Of a DNA stretch of 45,645 nucleotides, positions 9,106 through 20,042 are shown piece by piece (position 1 is the first letter of the stretch; every line of letters begins with the position of its first letter). A program made the position numbers and the translations under genes. The notes below the pieces were generated by a model. It made no database searches and was not told the origin of the DNA. It saw only the letters and a list, made by a program, of their open reading frames with translations. The stretch is from an uncultured Mageeibacillus sp. (lineage in GTDB: Bacteria > Bacillota > Clostridia > Saccharofermentanales > DTU023): NCBI GenBank assembly GCA_964346085.1, contig CAYFSZ010000003.1, positions 1-45,645 of the forward strand, in the 5' to 3' direction.

Positions 9106-11043
9106 TTATTCATCATCATCCTTGGTCCATTTAAAATACAAACCAGCTAAAGGAGGAATTGTCAGGTTCAAATGATTGATCCCTTGTAATTCTTTATCTA
9201 CTTTAATATTAAGATTATCTATTTCGTTATGTTCTTCAGAGAAATTTGTTTCAATCAAATAATTCATTCTCTTTTCAAAGCCACATAAATAATCACTTCC
9301 TCCGAATTTTCCGTCATCCGAGTTAAGTATCAATTCCAATTCACCGTTGATTGGAAGCTCAAAATGATAATTTTGTAAAACTCCGGGAGTCATGTTTAAC
9401 ACACATAATATAGCTTCATCTTGTTTAGAATTAAATCGTAAAAACGCATAAACATTGTTTTCTTGATCATCAACTTGTACCCAACGGAAGCCATCCCAAT
9501 TCTGATCATTCTCCCATAAAGAAGGTTGATTCACGTAAATGTTATTTAGGGTTTTCACAAATTCTCTCATTTGAGCATGTGCAGGAAATTGAAGCATAAA
9601 CCATTCAAGTTCTTCATAGAAGCGCCATTCGAGGAAAGGAGCAAATTCATTCCCCATAAAATTTAGTTTGGCACCTGGATGTGCGTATTGATAAGCAAAC
9701 ATATTTCTTAAATTTGCAAATTTGCGCCAATAATCTCCAGACATTCTGCTCAAAAGTGTTCCTTTACCATGCACAACTTCGTCATGCGAAAAAGGCAATA
9801 TATACTTTTCTGAAAAAGCATACATCATTGAAAAAGTAAATTTGTTTGAAAATCTCCCGCGCAAATAATGATCAACTGAATTATAGAAGATTGTGTCGTT
9901 CATCCACCCCATGTTCCATTTATAGTCAAAACCTAATCCACCTTTGTCTAATGGACTCGTTATCATCGGGAATGGTGTTGATTCTTCCGCCATCATGATA
10001 ACGCCAGGAAGCTCTTGATGAACGATTTCATTTATTTCTTTGAAAAGCGATATTGCTTCATAATTTTCAGAACCACCATCTACATTAGGTATATATTCAG
10101 TGCGACAGTAATTGCGATAAAGCATCGAACTAACAGCATCTACACGCAAACCATCAAAATGAAATTCATTAAGCCAATAATAGGCATTTGATTTCAAAAA
10201 AGAACGAACTTCAGATTTTTCATAATTGAATACTAAAGTTCCCCATTCTTCATGCTCACCCATTAGCGGATCTGGATACTCAAAAAGTGGTGTTCCATCA
10301 AATCTAGCTAATGCAAAATCATCTTTTGGGAAATGTGCTGGAACCCAATCAAGAAAAACACGAATATCGTTTTGATGCATATAGTCGACAAAATACTTTA
10401 AATCTTGCGGAGTTCCATAGCGACTCGTCACAGCATAGTATCCAGTCACTTGATAGCCCCATGAACCATCAAAAGGGTACTCAGAAATCGGCATTAATTC
10501 AATCGCTGTATACCCCATCTCTTTTACATATTCTGCTAACTGAGGAGCAATATCCCGATAATTATAAACTGAACCATCTGGATAACGTCTCCAGGAGCCA
10601 AGATGAACTTCATAAATTGATAAAGGATTTGGTTTTAAAAATTTATCTCGCGATTGAATGAAAGCATCATCTTTCCATTCATAATCATCCGGATTATATA
10701 ATTTAGAAGCAGTTCCTGGTCTTGTTTCGGCATGTCTAGCAAAAGGATCGGCTTTATAAATCCAATTATCGTCTGATGTAAGGATTGCATATTTATAGCG
10801 ATTCCATTGTTGAAGATTAGGAATAAAACCTGTCCAGATTCCAACATGCTCTATCGCAGATAAATCATGTGCGTGGATAGACCAATCATTAAAATCACCG
10901 ACTACACACACAGCTTTGGCATTTGGAGCCCATACTCGGAAGCGATACCCAGCTTGACCTTGATCATCAATTTCTGGTCTTGAGCCCAGAAAATTATATA
11001 CCATGTAGTCTTGCCCCGTATTGAACAGATAAGCGTGATTCAT
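9106..11043 (-). CDS. glgB: 1,4-alpha-glucan branching enzyme
   Basis: GH13 blocks DWVPAHF, GLRVDAV, MMAEEST and FSHDEVVHGK are present. The track ORF opens at 11109, but the ATG at 11043 (MNHAYLFNTGQDY) has an AAGGAG SD about 9 nt upstream. Confidence 0.95.
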   Translation of the reverse strand: MNHAYLFNTGQDYMVYNFLGSRPEIDDQGQAGYRFRVWAPNAKAVCVVGDFNDWSIHAHDLSAIEHVGIWTGFIPNLQQWNRYKYAILTSDDNWIYKADPFARHAETRPGTASKLYNPDDYEWKDDAFIQSRDKFLKPNPLSIYEVHLGSWRRYPDGSVYNYRDIAPQLAEYVKEMGYTAIELMPISEYPFDGSWGYQVTGYYAVTSRYGTPQDLKYFVDYMHQNDIRVFLDWVPAHFPKDDFALARFDGTPLFEYPDPLMGEHEEWGTLVFNYEKSEVRSFLKSNAYYWLNEFHFDGLRVDAVSSMLYRNYCRTEYIPNVDGGSENYEAISLFKEINEIVHQELPGVIMMAEESTPFPMITSPLDKGGLGFDYKWNMGWMNDTIFYNSVDHYLRGRFSNKFTFSMMYAFSEKYILPFSHDEVVHGKGTLLSRMSGDYWRKFANLRNMFAYQYAHPGAKLNFMGNEFAPFLEWRFYEELEWFMLQFPAHAQMREFVKTLNNIYVNQPSLWENDQNWDGFRWVQVDDQENNVYAFLRFNSKQDEAILCVLNMTPGVLQNYHFELPINGELELILNSDDGKFGGSDYLCGFEKRMNYLIETNFSEEHNEIDNLNIKVDKELQGINHLNLTIPPLAGLYFKWTKDDDE

Positions 11044-11074
11044 TTGTGCAATCTCCTTGTTTATCCTCTTATCT

Positions 11075-11102
11075 ATTATACGCTTTTGGTGAAAATATAC
11101 AA
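11075..11102 (-). promoter_or_regulatory. candidate glg operon promoter
   Basis: The minus strand reads TTGTAT, then 16 nt, then TATAAT. It lies in the 68-nt gap between the mutS2 stop and the glgB ATG. Confidence 0.4.
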
Positions 11103-11111
11103 GATGCAAGG

Positions 11112-13526
11112 CTATAAATTAGCTATCGTAACACCTGTATCCCCTTCACCATGCTCGGCTAATTTAAACGATTTAACTCTTCGATCATTCTTTAATGTGT
11201 TATGTACTGCTTGTCGCAAAACACCTGTTCCTTTCCCATGAACAATTCTGATTGAAGGAATATTTGCAAGAACTGCATCATCAATAAATCGGTCGAGTTC
11301 ATCAAGTGCTTCTGCTGTTGTCATTCCTAACAATTTAATTTCTGAGTTGAAGGATTGTTTTCTTGTGGAAATAATATCTCGTGTCGAGTTCTTGAATTTC
11401 TGTTCTATTCTTGTATTTTTTTGATTTGTATTCGTGTTATCTTCATCAACAAGTCGCAAAGAAGAAATCGGAACATTGACTGTCATCACACCGCTCTTCA
11501 GCATGATTTGTTTTTTTGCATCTGGTTTACTCATAGCAATGCCAGAAATCTGTAATAGATCTGAATAGTAATGACTACCAACTTCAATATCTTCAACTGA
11601 CAATTCACGATTATGATAACGATTCTTCTTTCGATTTTTCTTTTCCAGTTTCTTATCAAGTTCACTTAGCAAACGTTCCGCATTCTTTGCTTTTTTCTGC
11701 GTTTCTTGTCGATTAAATGCATTTTGTGATTCGGCAATTTGCTGGCGAATTGTTTCAAGAATGTCAGCCACTTCTTCTTGTGCCTTTTCAACAATCTTTC
11801 TAGCCTCTTGATTTGCTTTATGCAATAAATGGTCTTTTTCAGCTTCAATATTCTGTTTTTCTTCTTCAAGATTTTCTTTTAAGGTTGCACTTTCACGCTT
11901 CAGAGATCTAATCTCATCTTCCATTTCTTTTGCTTGATGATGAGATTTTTCAATGGCAGATACCAATTCTTCAAATTGAACACTTTCATCCGACAATAAT
12001 TGCTCTGCTGATGCGATAATTGATTCATCTAATCCAAGTTTTTTTGATATTTTAAAGGCATTACTCACGCCAGGAACACCAATCAATAATCGATAAGTAG
12101 GTTGTAGGTTTTCATCATCAAATTCGCAGCAAGCATTATTAACACCTTCAGTATTTAAAGCATAGCCTTTTAATTCACGATAATGGGTTGTTGCTACTGT
12201 ATGACATCCCTTTTGCCTTAAAGTATCTAGAATTGAAATTGCTAATGCTGCCCCTTCTGAAGGATCTGTTCCGGCTCCTAATTCATCCGTCAACACTAAT
12301 GTTGATGGATTTGCCTTCTCTATAATTCGAATAATCTGTTTTAAATGTGAAGAAAAAGTGCTGAGATTTTGCTCAATACTTTGCTCATCACCAATGTCCG
12401 CAAGTATTTGTTGAAAAACGGAAATCTCAGATTGTTCTGCTGCTGGAATATGCAATCCAGACATCGCCATGAGAACAAATAATCCACAAGTTTTCAGGGT
12501 AACAGTTTTCCCTCCTGTATTTGGACCCGTTATAACTAATGTTTTAAATGTTGTACCCAATTCAAAATAAATTGGAACAACATCTTTCTCAGGAATTAAT
12601 GGATGTCTTGCTTTTTTGAGAATAATTTTTCCATCATTATTTAAAATCGGTGAAGTGCCTTTTATTTCAAAAGAAAACTTTGCTTTTGCTTGGGCAAAAT
12701 CGAGTTCTTCTAGAATTTCAGCATCATATTTCAAATACGGAGCTGCTTCTCCGACTCGCAGAGTTAATTCTCTTAAAATTTTATAAATCTCATCTTGCTC
12801 TGCAATTTCTAACTCTCTTGCTTTATTATTCAGCTCAACAATTGCAATCGGCTCGATGAAAACTGTCGCTCCCGATCCTGATGTATCATGCACAACACCA
12901 GGTATTTCAGATTTATTTTCTGCCTTCACAGGAACAACATATCGCCCGCTTCGAATGGTAATAATGGCTTCTTGCAAAGCCGAAGATTTTGAGCTGACAA
13001 TACGATTCAAATGTGTTTTGATGTTTTCTTGTGTTCGTTGAATGGCACGACGAATTGAAAATAATTCATCTGAAGCGCGATCAAACATTTCATCATCACC
13101 AGCAACACATTGTTCTAATCTTTTCAATAAATTCGGTAATTCTTCCAGGTACTGGATCTTCTCAAAAAAACGAAAAGAGCTTTCCTGTTTTTTATCTTTC
13201 GTAACTCGTTTTACTTCTTTGACAGCTTTCAGAAAACGAATGATTTTATTAAGCGACTTCAAATCGAGAATCACCTCATTTGATGCACGACCAATTAAAG
13301 GGCGAATTTCTTCTAGACCTTGAAATGGTATTTCTTGCTCTTTGAAAAGATAGTTCACGAATTCAGATGTTTCATCCTGACTTTGTTGAACTTGTTCCAA
13401 ACGAGTCATTGGCATTAATTCAGAGCACAACTTTTTCCCCGCTTCTGTCACAGCATGTTTTTGAAGTCGGTTAATGATCTTATCGTATTCTAGAATTTTT
13501 AAACTATGTTTTTCGATTTGTGTCAT
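11112..13526 (-). CDS. mutS2: endonuclease MutS2
   Basis: 804 aa. It has the Walker A motif GPNTGGKT, the MutS ATPase block DELGAGTDP and a K/E-rich coiled coil. A C-terminal Smr domain is present (IRIVHGKGTGVLRQAV). Confidence 0.95.
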   Translation of the reverse strand: MTQIEKHSLKILEYDKIINRLQKHAVTEAGKKLCSELMPMTRLEQVQQSQDETSEFVNYLFKEQEIPFQGLEEIRPLIGRASNEVILDLKSLNKIIRFLKAVKEVKRVTKDKKQESSFRFFEKIQYLEELPNLLKRLEQCVAGDDEMFDRASDELFSIRRAIQRTQENIKTHLNRIVSSKSSALQEAIITIRSGRYVVPVKAENKSEIPGVVHDTSGSGATVFIEPIAIVELNNKARELEIAEQDEIYKILRELTLRVGEAAPYLKYDAEILEELDFAQAKAKFSFEIKGTSPILNNDGKIILKKARHPLIPEKDVVPIYFELGTTFKTLVITGPNTGGKTVTLKTCGLFVLMAMSGLHIPAAEQSEISVFQQILADIGDEQSIEQNLSTFSSHLKQIIRIIEKANPSTLVLTDELGAGTDPSEGAALAISILDTLRQKGCHTVATTHYRELKGYALNTEGVNNACCEFDDENLQPTYRLLIGVPGVSNAFKISKKLGLDESIIASAEQLLSDESVQFEELVSAIEKSHHQAKEMEDEIRSLKRESATLKENLEEEKQNIEAEKDHLLHKANQEARKIVEKAQEEVADILETIRQQIAESQNAFNRQETQKKAKNAERLLSELDKKLEKKNRKKNRYHNRELSVEDIEVGSHYYSDLLQISGIAMSKPDAKKQIMLKSGVMTVNVPISSLRLVDEDNTNTNQKNTRIEQKFKNSTRDIISTRKQSFNSEIKLLGMTTAEALDELDRFIDDAVLANIPSIRIVHGKGTGVLRQAVHNTLKNDRRVKSFKLAEHGEGDTGVTIANL

Positions 13527-13542
13527 CGCTTAATGAATCTTC

Positions 13543-14523
13543 CTATATGGACAATATTTTCGCCTTTTTGAAATCTACTTCGTCAATTGTTTTATGAGAG
13601 GAAATACTTTCAATCAAATCTAAGTCGGTTACCTCACCATTTTTATATACAATTGCACGATTTACTCTGCCTTCTTTGAAACATTCGATTGCTTTGATTC
13701 CCATCATTGATCCGATATATCGATCTAAATAGGTCGGAGTACCTCCTCTTTGCAAATAACCAAGAATGGTTGCTCTCGCTTCAATTCGCGTTTCTTTTTC
13801 GACATATGTTGCAACTTCTAGAGCATCAGCAGCACCTTCTGCAACAATCACAATATAATGGTGTTTACCTCTATTTCTAGCAGATAAAATCTTACCAAGA
13901 ATATCCTTTTCCCAATCGACTGGATGCTCTGGAATAAGGATAATTTCAGCTCCTGTCGCAATCCCAACATGTAAAGCCAAATAGCCAGCTTCACGTCCCA
14001 TCACTTCGATAACGGAGCAACGTTCATGTGAAGATGCTGTATCTCTCAATTTATCCACTGCTTCAATCGCAGTGTTAAGTGCAGTATCGAAGCCTATTGT
14101 ATAATCGGTACAGCTCACATCATTATCTATCGTCGCAGGAATAAAAATCATTGGAACACCAGCTCTAACTAAATCAGCAGCACCTTTCATGGTTCCATCT
14201 CCACCACAAGCAACAATGCCATCCAAATCGAAAACACTAGTCATTTTTCGAGCTTGTTCAACTCCTTCAGGTGTCATAAAATACTCGCTTCTAGCAGTAT
14301 TCAAAAATGTTCCACCTTGTTGCAACTTCTCTGAAACTGATCTGGCATTTAACTCTTCTACTTCACCTTTCCACAAACCATGATATCCGCGACGAATACC
14401 CATAACTTGAAGACCTGAATTAATCCCAGATCTTGTGACAGCACGAATCACGCCGTTCATCCCTGGAGCATCTCCTCCGCTAGTTAATATGCCTATTTTT
14501 TTAATTTCTTTTTGACTTTCCAT
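13543..14523 (-). CDS. pfkA: ATP-dependent 6-phosphofructokinase
   Basis: 326 aa. Motifs GILTSGGDAPGMN, CGGDGT and PATIDND are present. Confidence 0.95.
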   Translation of the reverse strand: MESQKEIKKIGILTSGGDAPGMNGVIRAVTRSGINSGLQVMGIRRGYHGLWKGEVEELNARSVSEKLQQGGTFLNTARSEYFMTPEGVEQARKMTSVFDLDGIVACGGDGTMKGAADLVRAGVPMIFIPATIDNDVSCTDYTIGFDTALNTAIEAVDKLRDTASSHERCSVIEVMGREAGYLALHVGIATGAEIILIPEHPVDWEKDILGKILSARNRGKHHYIVIVAEGAADALEVATYVEKETRIEARATILGYLQRGGTPTYLDRYIGSMMGIKAIECFKEGRVNRAIVYKNGEVTDLDLIESISSHKTIDEVDFKKAKILSI

Positions 14524-14534
14524 ACTGCTACCCC

Positions 14535-17500
14535 TTATGTCAAAATTATATTCTTTTCACCATATCGTTTGGCAAAGATTTCAATGTATTCTAATGCAAT
14601 TTTATGCTGTTTTTCAAGTAAAAATTCATGATTCTCTTCACTGAACAATAACACGGGTATTGTTCCAGAAAAATACTCCAACATTGCTTCTAGATTTTCT
14701 ACGTCGTCTTGATTCATAGAAGCAGAAACTCGAATATAAACACGTAGTTCGTCTTTTGATTTTATCTCTTTCTTAGGTAGTTCTTCTTGAACTTTCGTTT
14801 TAATAACAGAGTCTTCAACACTGCTCTTTTCTTTTTTCGTTTTTCTAAAGTTTAAAGTTTGATTTTCATCAACAAACTTTTGAATTTCATTGATATCTTC
14901 CTGTTCTTCTTCGGTTAGTTCCATAATTGCATTCGCTAAAACATTCGGATTCTCTTCATCGCGCAATGAAATACTACCAGAGATGAAAAGGACTTTGTTT
15001 TCAACCAAAAGAAAACGCACATCTTGATAAAGTTTTGGAAACACAACTACCTCAAAGGTTCCTGTTAGATCTTCTACCGTTAAAAATGCCATTTTATCAT
15101 TATTTTTAGTAATGAGTTCTTGTTTTCCAACAATAATACCTGCCATGATAACCGGCTGATGATCTTGCACTTTTAACTGTTGTTCAGAGAACATTTCCGC
15201 CTCATGTTCTGCTTCATCAAGAGAAGACTCCAACTTAAAATCTGCACTTTGAATCGTTACGAATTGCTCAATCACTTGATGATAATCATCAAGTGGATGA
15301 CCACTTGAATAAACACCTAATACTTCCTTTTCCATCGCTAATTTCTTAGTCATTGAATATTCTTTGAGAGAAGTCGGATAATCTGGTTCAACGATTCGAT
15401 TTTGTGTAGTCTCTTCTCCAAAATCGAACAAACTAACTTGCCCTTCCATCGTTTGTTGATTGCTTCTCACAATGCTATTCATAAACTCTTCATAAACAGC
15501 CATTAAATGGACACGCGGAATGTTAAAACAATCAAGAGCTGAAGATTTGATTAAACTCTCTATAATTTTTCGATTCACATCTAACTTGCTAATCCGAGCT
15601 ATGAAATCACCGAACGTCTTGTAATGCCCATTTTTATTTCTTTCATCAATTACTTGTGAGATTGCTTTCGTACCGACATTTTTTATGGCTCCAAGAGCAA
15701 AACGAATGGCATTGTTTTCTGAGCTAAATCTCGTTTGGCTATGATTGATATCAGGTGGTAAAACAGGAATACCTGCTTGATGACAAACCCGAATATAATT
15801 CGCGGCTTTATCTAAATTACCAAGGAAAGAGTTTAGCATTGCTGCCATAAATTCAACTGGATAATAATACTTCAGCCAAGCTGTTTGATAAGCAAGAACA
15901 GCATATCCAGCAGCATGAGATTTGTTGAAGGCATAACCAGCAAAAGCTTCCACTTCTTCAAAGATCTTATCCGCTACTTCCACAGGCACACCATTATGTA
16001 CTGCACCGACAACATATTTACCATTTTCGTCTTCTCCGCCATGGATAAATATATCCTTATAGCGGCGCAAGATTTCTGGTTTTTTCTTAGACATGGCACG
16101 TCTTACATTGTCTGATTGTCCCATCGAAAAACCTGCCAAATCACGAACGATTTGCATAACTTGTTCCTGATAAATAATGCAACCATATGTCATATTCAGA
16201 ATCGGTTCGAGTAATGGATGATCATACGAAATCGTTTCAGGATTATGTAATGATCTGATATATTTCGGAATTTGTTCCATCGGACCAGGTCGATACAAGG
16301 AAATTCCAGCAATAATATCCTCTAAGTTCGATGGTTTCATTTCCTTAATGAAAGACGACATTCCTGCAGATTCCAATTGGAAAACCCCTGCAGTATCTCC
16401 TTCACTCAACATTTGATAAACTTTTTCATCATCAAAAGGTACATTATCGATATCAATTTGCACTTGATGATTTTCTGCAGCCATGTTAATAGTATCGCGG
16501 ATAACCGTTAATGTACGAAGTCCCAAGAAATCCATTTTGATTAGACCGATACTTTCGATAATATCTTTATCGAATTGAACAACAACTGCTTCGTCATTCA
16601 AAGCCAGAGGCGCAACATCTGTAATCGGAACATCCGCAATCACAACTCCAGCTGCATGTGTCGAAGCATGTCTTGGCATTCCTTCAAATTGTCTAGCTAA
16701 TTCTATAATTTCATGTGTTTGTGGATTATTGTCATAGTCTTCTTTGAGTTCTTTCGAAAGTGTTAATGCTTGATCAATGGTTATGTTCAAAACATTTGGA
16801 ATCATTTTGACGATTCTAGATGTATCAGCGAAAGAAACATCCATGACTCGTGCAACATCTCTAATTGACTGTCTTGCAGCTAAAGTACCAAATGTGATAA
16901 TTTGGCAAACATGATCCGCACCATATTTTTGTGTAACATATTCAATAATTTCGCCACGTCTCTCATAGCAAAAATCCATATCAAAGTCTGGCATGCTAAC
17001 ACGTTCTGGATTTAAAAATCTTTCAAACAGAAGATTAAAACGAAGCGGATCTATATTCGTAATCTTTAGCGCATAGGCAACCAAAGAACCTCCACCAGAA
17101 CCTCTACCTGGTCCAACCATGATTTGATTTTCATGTGCAAAGCGCACAAAATCCCAAACAATTAAATAATAATCAACATAACCCATGCTTTTGATAACAT
17201 TCAATTCATGGTCAAGTCTGGCAAAATATTCTTCATCACTATGTTCGGATCGATTATATTTTAAGCGTTCTTGTAATCCTTCTTTTGCAATTTTTTCAAT
17301 ATAATCTGGACTGCTCATTCCATTTGGAGCAATGAAATTAGGCAAATGCATTTCACCAAAAGGAATTTCCAAATCGCAGAGATCAACAATTTTTTGTGTA
17401 TTATCTACTGCTTCTGGAACATCCTTAAAAAACTCACGCATTTCCTCTTCGGATTTAATATAAAAATGGTTCGCATCTAATTGCATGCGATCTTCATCTT

Positions 17501-18188
17501 TTAATTTTTTACCTGTTTGCATGCAAAGTAAAACATCATGTGAATGGGAAGATTCTTTTTTCAAATAATGACAGTCATTCGTTGCCACTAAAGGAATCCC
17601 TGTTTCTTGATGCAATCTCATCCAAGCTTGATTGACTTTTAATTGTTCAGGCAAATCATTGGCCTGTATTTCTAGATAATAATGATTTTCTCCAAATAAT
17701 TCTTGATACTTGAGTGCCAAAGACTTGGCAGCCTCATAACCATCGTTCAAAAATGTTCTAGCTAATTCTCCACTCAGACATGCACTAAGGCAAATCAGCC
17801 CCTCATGATGCTGTTCTAAAAGCTCATAATCAATACGTGGGCGATAATAAAAACCTTCAGTAAAACCAGCACTGACAAGTTTTAGTAGATTTTTGTATCC
17901 CGTTAAATTACGTGCAAGTAAAACCAAATGATAAGGGTGATTGTCGATCCCACTAATTTTGTCTTTTCTTCCTCGTGGAGCGACATATACTTCACAGCCA
18001 ATGATCGGCTTTAACCCAGCACTTTTCATTGCACGATAATAATTAATGACTCCATACATTACACCATGATCAGTAATTGCGCATGAAGTCATATTTAATT
18101 CTTGTAGACGGGGTATCAAATCTTTAATTCGATTTGCCCCGTCTAACAAGCTATATTCAGTATGTAAGTGCAAATGGGTAAATGCCAT
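14535..18188 (-). CDS. dnaE: DNA polymerase III alpha subunit (DnaE type)
   Basis: 1217 aa. The N-terminal PHP domain starts HLHLHTEYSLLDG. Polymerase core blocks MDFLGLRTL and FNKSHAAGYA are present, followed by an OB-fold region. The length is normal, with no intein-sized insertion. Confidence 0.95.
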   Translation of the reverse strand: MAFTHLHLHTEYSLLDGANRIKDLIPRLQELNMTSCAITDHGVMYGVINYYRAMKSAGLKPIIGCEVYVAPRGRKDKISGIDNHPYHLVLLARNLTGYKNLLKLVSAGFTEGFYYRPRIDYELLEQHHEGLICLSACLSGELARTFLNDGYEAAKSLALKYQELFGENHYYLEIQANDLPEQLKVNQAWMRLHQETGIPLVATNDCHYLKKESSHSHDVLLCMQTGKKLKDEDRMQLDANHFYIKSEEEMREFFKDVPEAVDNTQKIVDLCDLEIPFGEMHLPNFIAPNGMSSPDYIEKIAKEGLQERLKYNRSEHSDEEYFARLDHELNVIKSMGYVDYYLIVWDFVRFAHENQIMVGPGRGSGGGSLVAYALKITNIDPLRFNLLFERFLNPERVSMPDFDMDFCYERRGEIIEYVTQKYGADHVCQIITFGTLAARQSIRDVARVMDVSFADTSRIVKMIPNVLNITIDQALTLSKELKEDYDNNPQTHEIIELARQFEGMPRHASTHAAGVVIADVPITDVAPLALNDEAVVVQFDKDIIESIGLIKMDFLGLRTLTVIRDTINMAAENHQVQIDIDNVPFDDEKVYQMLSEGDTAGVFQLESAGMSSFIKEMKPSNLEDIIAGISLYRPGPMEQIPKYIRSLHNPETISYDHPLLEPILNMTYGCIIYQEQVMQIVRDLAGFSMGQSDNVRRAMSKKKPEILRRYKDIFIHGGEDENGKYVVGAVHNGVPVEVADKIFEEVEAFAGYAFNKSHAAGYAVLAYQTAWLKYYYPVEFMAAMLNSFLGNLDKAANYIRVCHQAGIPVLPPDINHSQTRFSSENNAIRFALGAIKNVGTKAISQVIDERNKNGHYKTFGDFIARISKLDVNRKIIESLIKSSALDCFNIPRVHLMAVYEEFMNSIVRSNQQTMEGQVSLFDFGEETTQNRIVEPDYPTSLKEYSMTKKLAMEKEVLGVYSSGHPLDDYHQVIEQFVTIQSADFKLESSLDEAEHEAEMFSEQQLKVQDHQPVIMAGIIVGKQELITKNNDKMAFLTVEDLTGTFEVVVFPKLYQDVRFLLVENKVLFISGSISLRDEENPNVLANAIMELTEEEQEDINEIQKFVDENQTLNFRKTKKEKSSVEDSVIKTKVQEELPKKEIKSKDELRVYIRVSASMNQDDVENLEAMLEYFSGTIPVLLFSEENHEFLLEKQHKIALEYIEIFAKRYGEKNIILT

Positions 18189-18191
18189 TGA

Positions 18192-19946
18192 TTACTCTTC
18201 TCCTAATAAATCTTCAATATATTGAATAATACCTTCTTTATATTTGTTCAATTTTTCATGAGCGATTTCTTTTTCTGCATCATAAAACCCTAAATAGATT
18301 TTGATTTTCGGCTCTGTACCAGAAGGACGTACTGCAAACCAGTCTAATTCTCCTTCTAGCTCATATAAAAGCACATTGCTCTTAGGCAAATCTGCATTTT
18401 CTGTTTTACCGGTTTGTAAATCTGAAATCTCACCCGTTAAATAATCTTTCACTTTTGTTATTGGCAAATCCCCAATCCCATCGAGTTTATGTTCTCTTAA
18501 ATATGACATTGCGCCCGTCATTTGTTCAACACCTTTGATTCCTTTACGAACGATGGAAACAGTTGTTTCTCCTTCATAACCATATTTTTCGTAAATTTCA
18601 ATCAATTTATCATACAGTGTTTTGTTTTCATCAGCAGCGACAGCCGCCATTTCTGCAATTAACATCGTTGCCACAACAGCATCTTTGTCACGAACTTTAT
18701 TCCCGGCCAAATAACCAATACTCTCTTCGTAGCCAAACAAGAAATGTCCGTCACCTTGTTCATCTTTTTCTAAAATTTGTTCCGCAATATTCTTGAAACC
18801 AGTCAATACTTCTGGTAATCCAACACCGTATTCAGCAGCAATTCTTCTTGTAAGCTTTGATGAAACGATTGTTGTCACACAGAATGAATTATCAAGCAAG
18901 GTTCCATTCTTTTGTTTCTCAGAAAGAATATATTCCATTAAAAGTAAACCAATTTGATTTCCTGTTAAAACAATGAAATCACCATCACTTGTACGAACAG
19001 CAACGCCCGTGCGGTCTGCATCTGGATCAGTCGCAATTAATAAATCTGCATGTTCTTTTTCAGCAAGTTCAATTCCTAGTGTTAAGGCTGCTCTTTCTTC
19101 TGGATTTGGATAAGGAGCAGTTGGGAAATCACCATTTGGAGTCGCTTGTTCTTCAACAACAAAGATTTTTTCGAAACCAAGACTATTGAGAATTCGTTTT
19201 ACCGGTTTTAAGCCTGTTCCATATAAAGGAGTGTATGCAATTTCTAAATCTTTATGTTTTAGGCATAAATCTTTATTAATTGAAACATCGAGCAACATAT
19301 CATTATAAATGCAATCGAAATCTTCACTCATTTCATGCCATAATTCTGATTTTTTTGCTTCTTCTAATGGCATCGCTGCATTTAAGATTGCTGAAAAATC
19401 ATCACGTTCATTCATTTTAGCTAAAACAGCTTGTGCTGCTTCAGAACCAAATTGTCCACCATCATCACCATAAGCTTTGAATCCATTGTAAATTTTCGGA
19501 TTATGACTTGCCGTAATCATAACGCCACCAGCACAACCAAAATGACGAATTGCAAATGAAAGCATTGGTGTCGGTCTTAGCTCATCTGAAATAACAATTT
19601 TAATTCCGTAGGTGACAAAAATTCTGGCAACTAATTGAGCAAATTCAGGTGAAAAATGTCTGGAGTCATAAGAAATCGCTAAACCTCTTTTGATATAATC
19701 TTCGCCTTTATCTAAATAATAGCGAGCAAAACCATCTGCAGCTCTTGCGACCGTATACATATTCATTCGATTTGTCCCAGCACCTAAAACACCTCGTAGT
19801 CCTGCAGTTCCGAAACTTAAGTCTTGATAAAAACGATCCTCAATTTCATTTTCATCATGCTGAATATCCATTAATTCATTCTTTGTTTCCTGATCCATTG
19901 CTTCATCATTTAACCATAGTTGGTATTTATCTAATGCATAACTCAT
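18192..19946 (-). CDS. pgcA: phosphoglucomutase / phospho-sugar mutase
   Basis: 584 aa. It has the active-site loop TASHNP, the Mg loop ATDPDADR and the phosphate-binding RPSGTEPKIK. Confidence 0.85.
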   Translation of the reverse strand: MSYALDKYQLWLNDEAMDQETKNELMDIQHDENEIEDRFYQDLSFGTAGLRGVLGAGTNRMNMYTVARAADGFARYYLDKGEDYIKRGLAISYDSRHFSPEFAQLVARIFVTYGIKIVISDELRPTPMLSFAIRHFGCAGGVMITASHNPKIYNGFKAYGDDGGQFGSEAAQAVLAKMNERDDFSAILNAAMPLEEAKKSELWHEMSEDFDCIYNDMLLDVSINKDLCLKHKDLEIAYTPLYGTGLKPVKRILNSLGFEKIFVVEEQATPNGDFPTAPYPNPEERAALTLGIELAEKEHADLLIATDPDADRTGVAVRTSDGDFIVLTGNQIGLLLMEYILSEKQKNGTLLDNSFCVTTIVSSKLTRRIAAEYGVGLPEVLTGFKNIAEQILEKDEQGDGHFLFGYEESIGYLAGNKVRDKDAVVATMLIAEMAAVAADENKTLYDKLIEIYEKYGYEGETTVSIVRKGIKGVEQMTGAMSYLREHKLDGIGDLPITKVKDYLTGEISDLQTGKTENADLPKSNVLLYELEGELDWFAVRPSGTEPKIKIYLGFYDAEKEIAHEKLNKYKEGIIQYIEDLLGEE

Positions 19947-20042
19947 AAAAATTCCTACTTTCTAAGATTTATCGTTATTTATTGTCATTTTATTTTTATA
20001 TGTATTCTACCATTATTTTTTTATTACATGGGATATCAAACA

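Noticed and set aside
14535-18188. An intein or intron in dnaE (1217 aa), and similarly in uvrA, valS and clpE.
   Set aside because: The lengths fall within the normal family ranges. The conserved blocks are contiguous, with no splicing-junction-like insertions. The only insert is a short acidic linker in ClpE (39959..39997).
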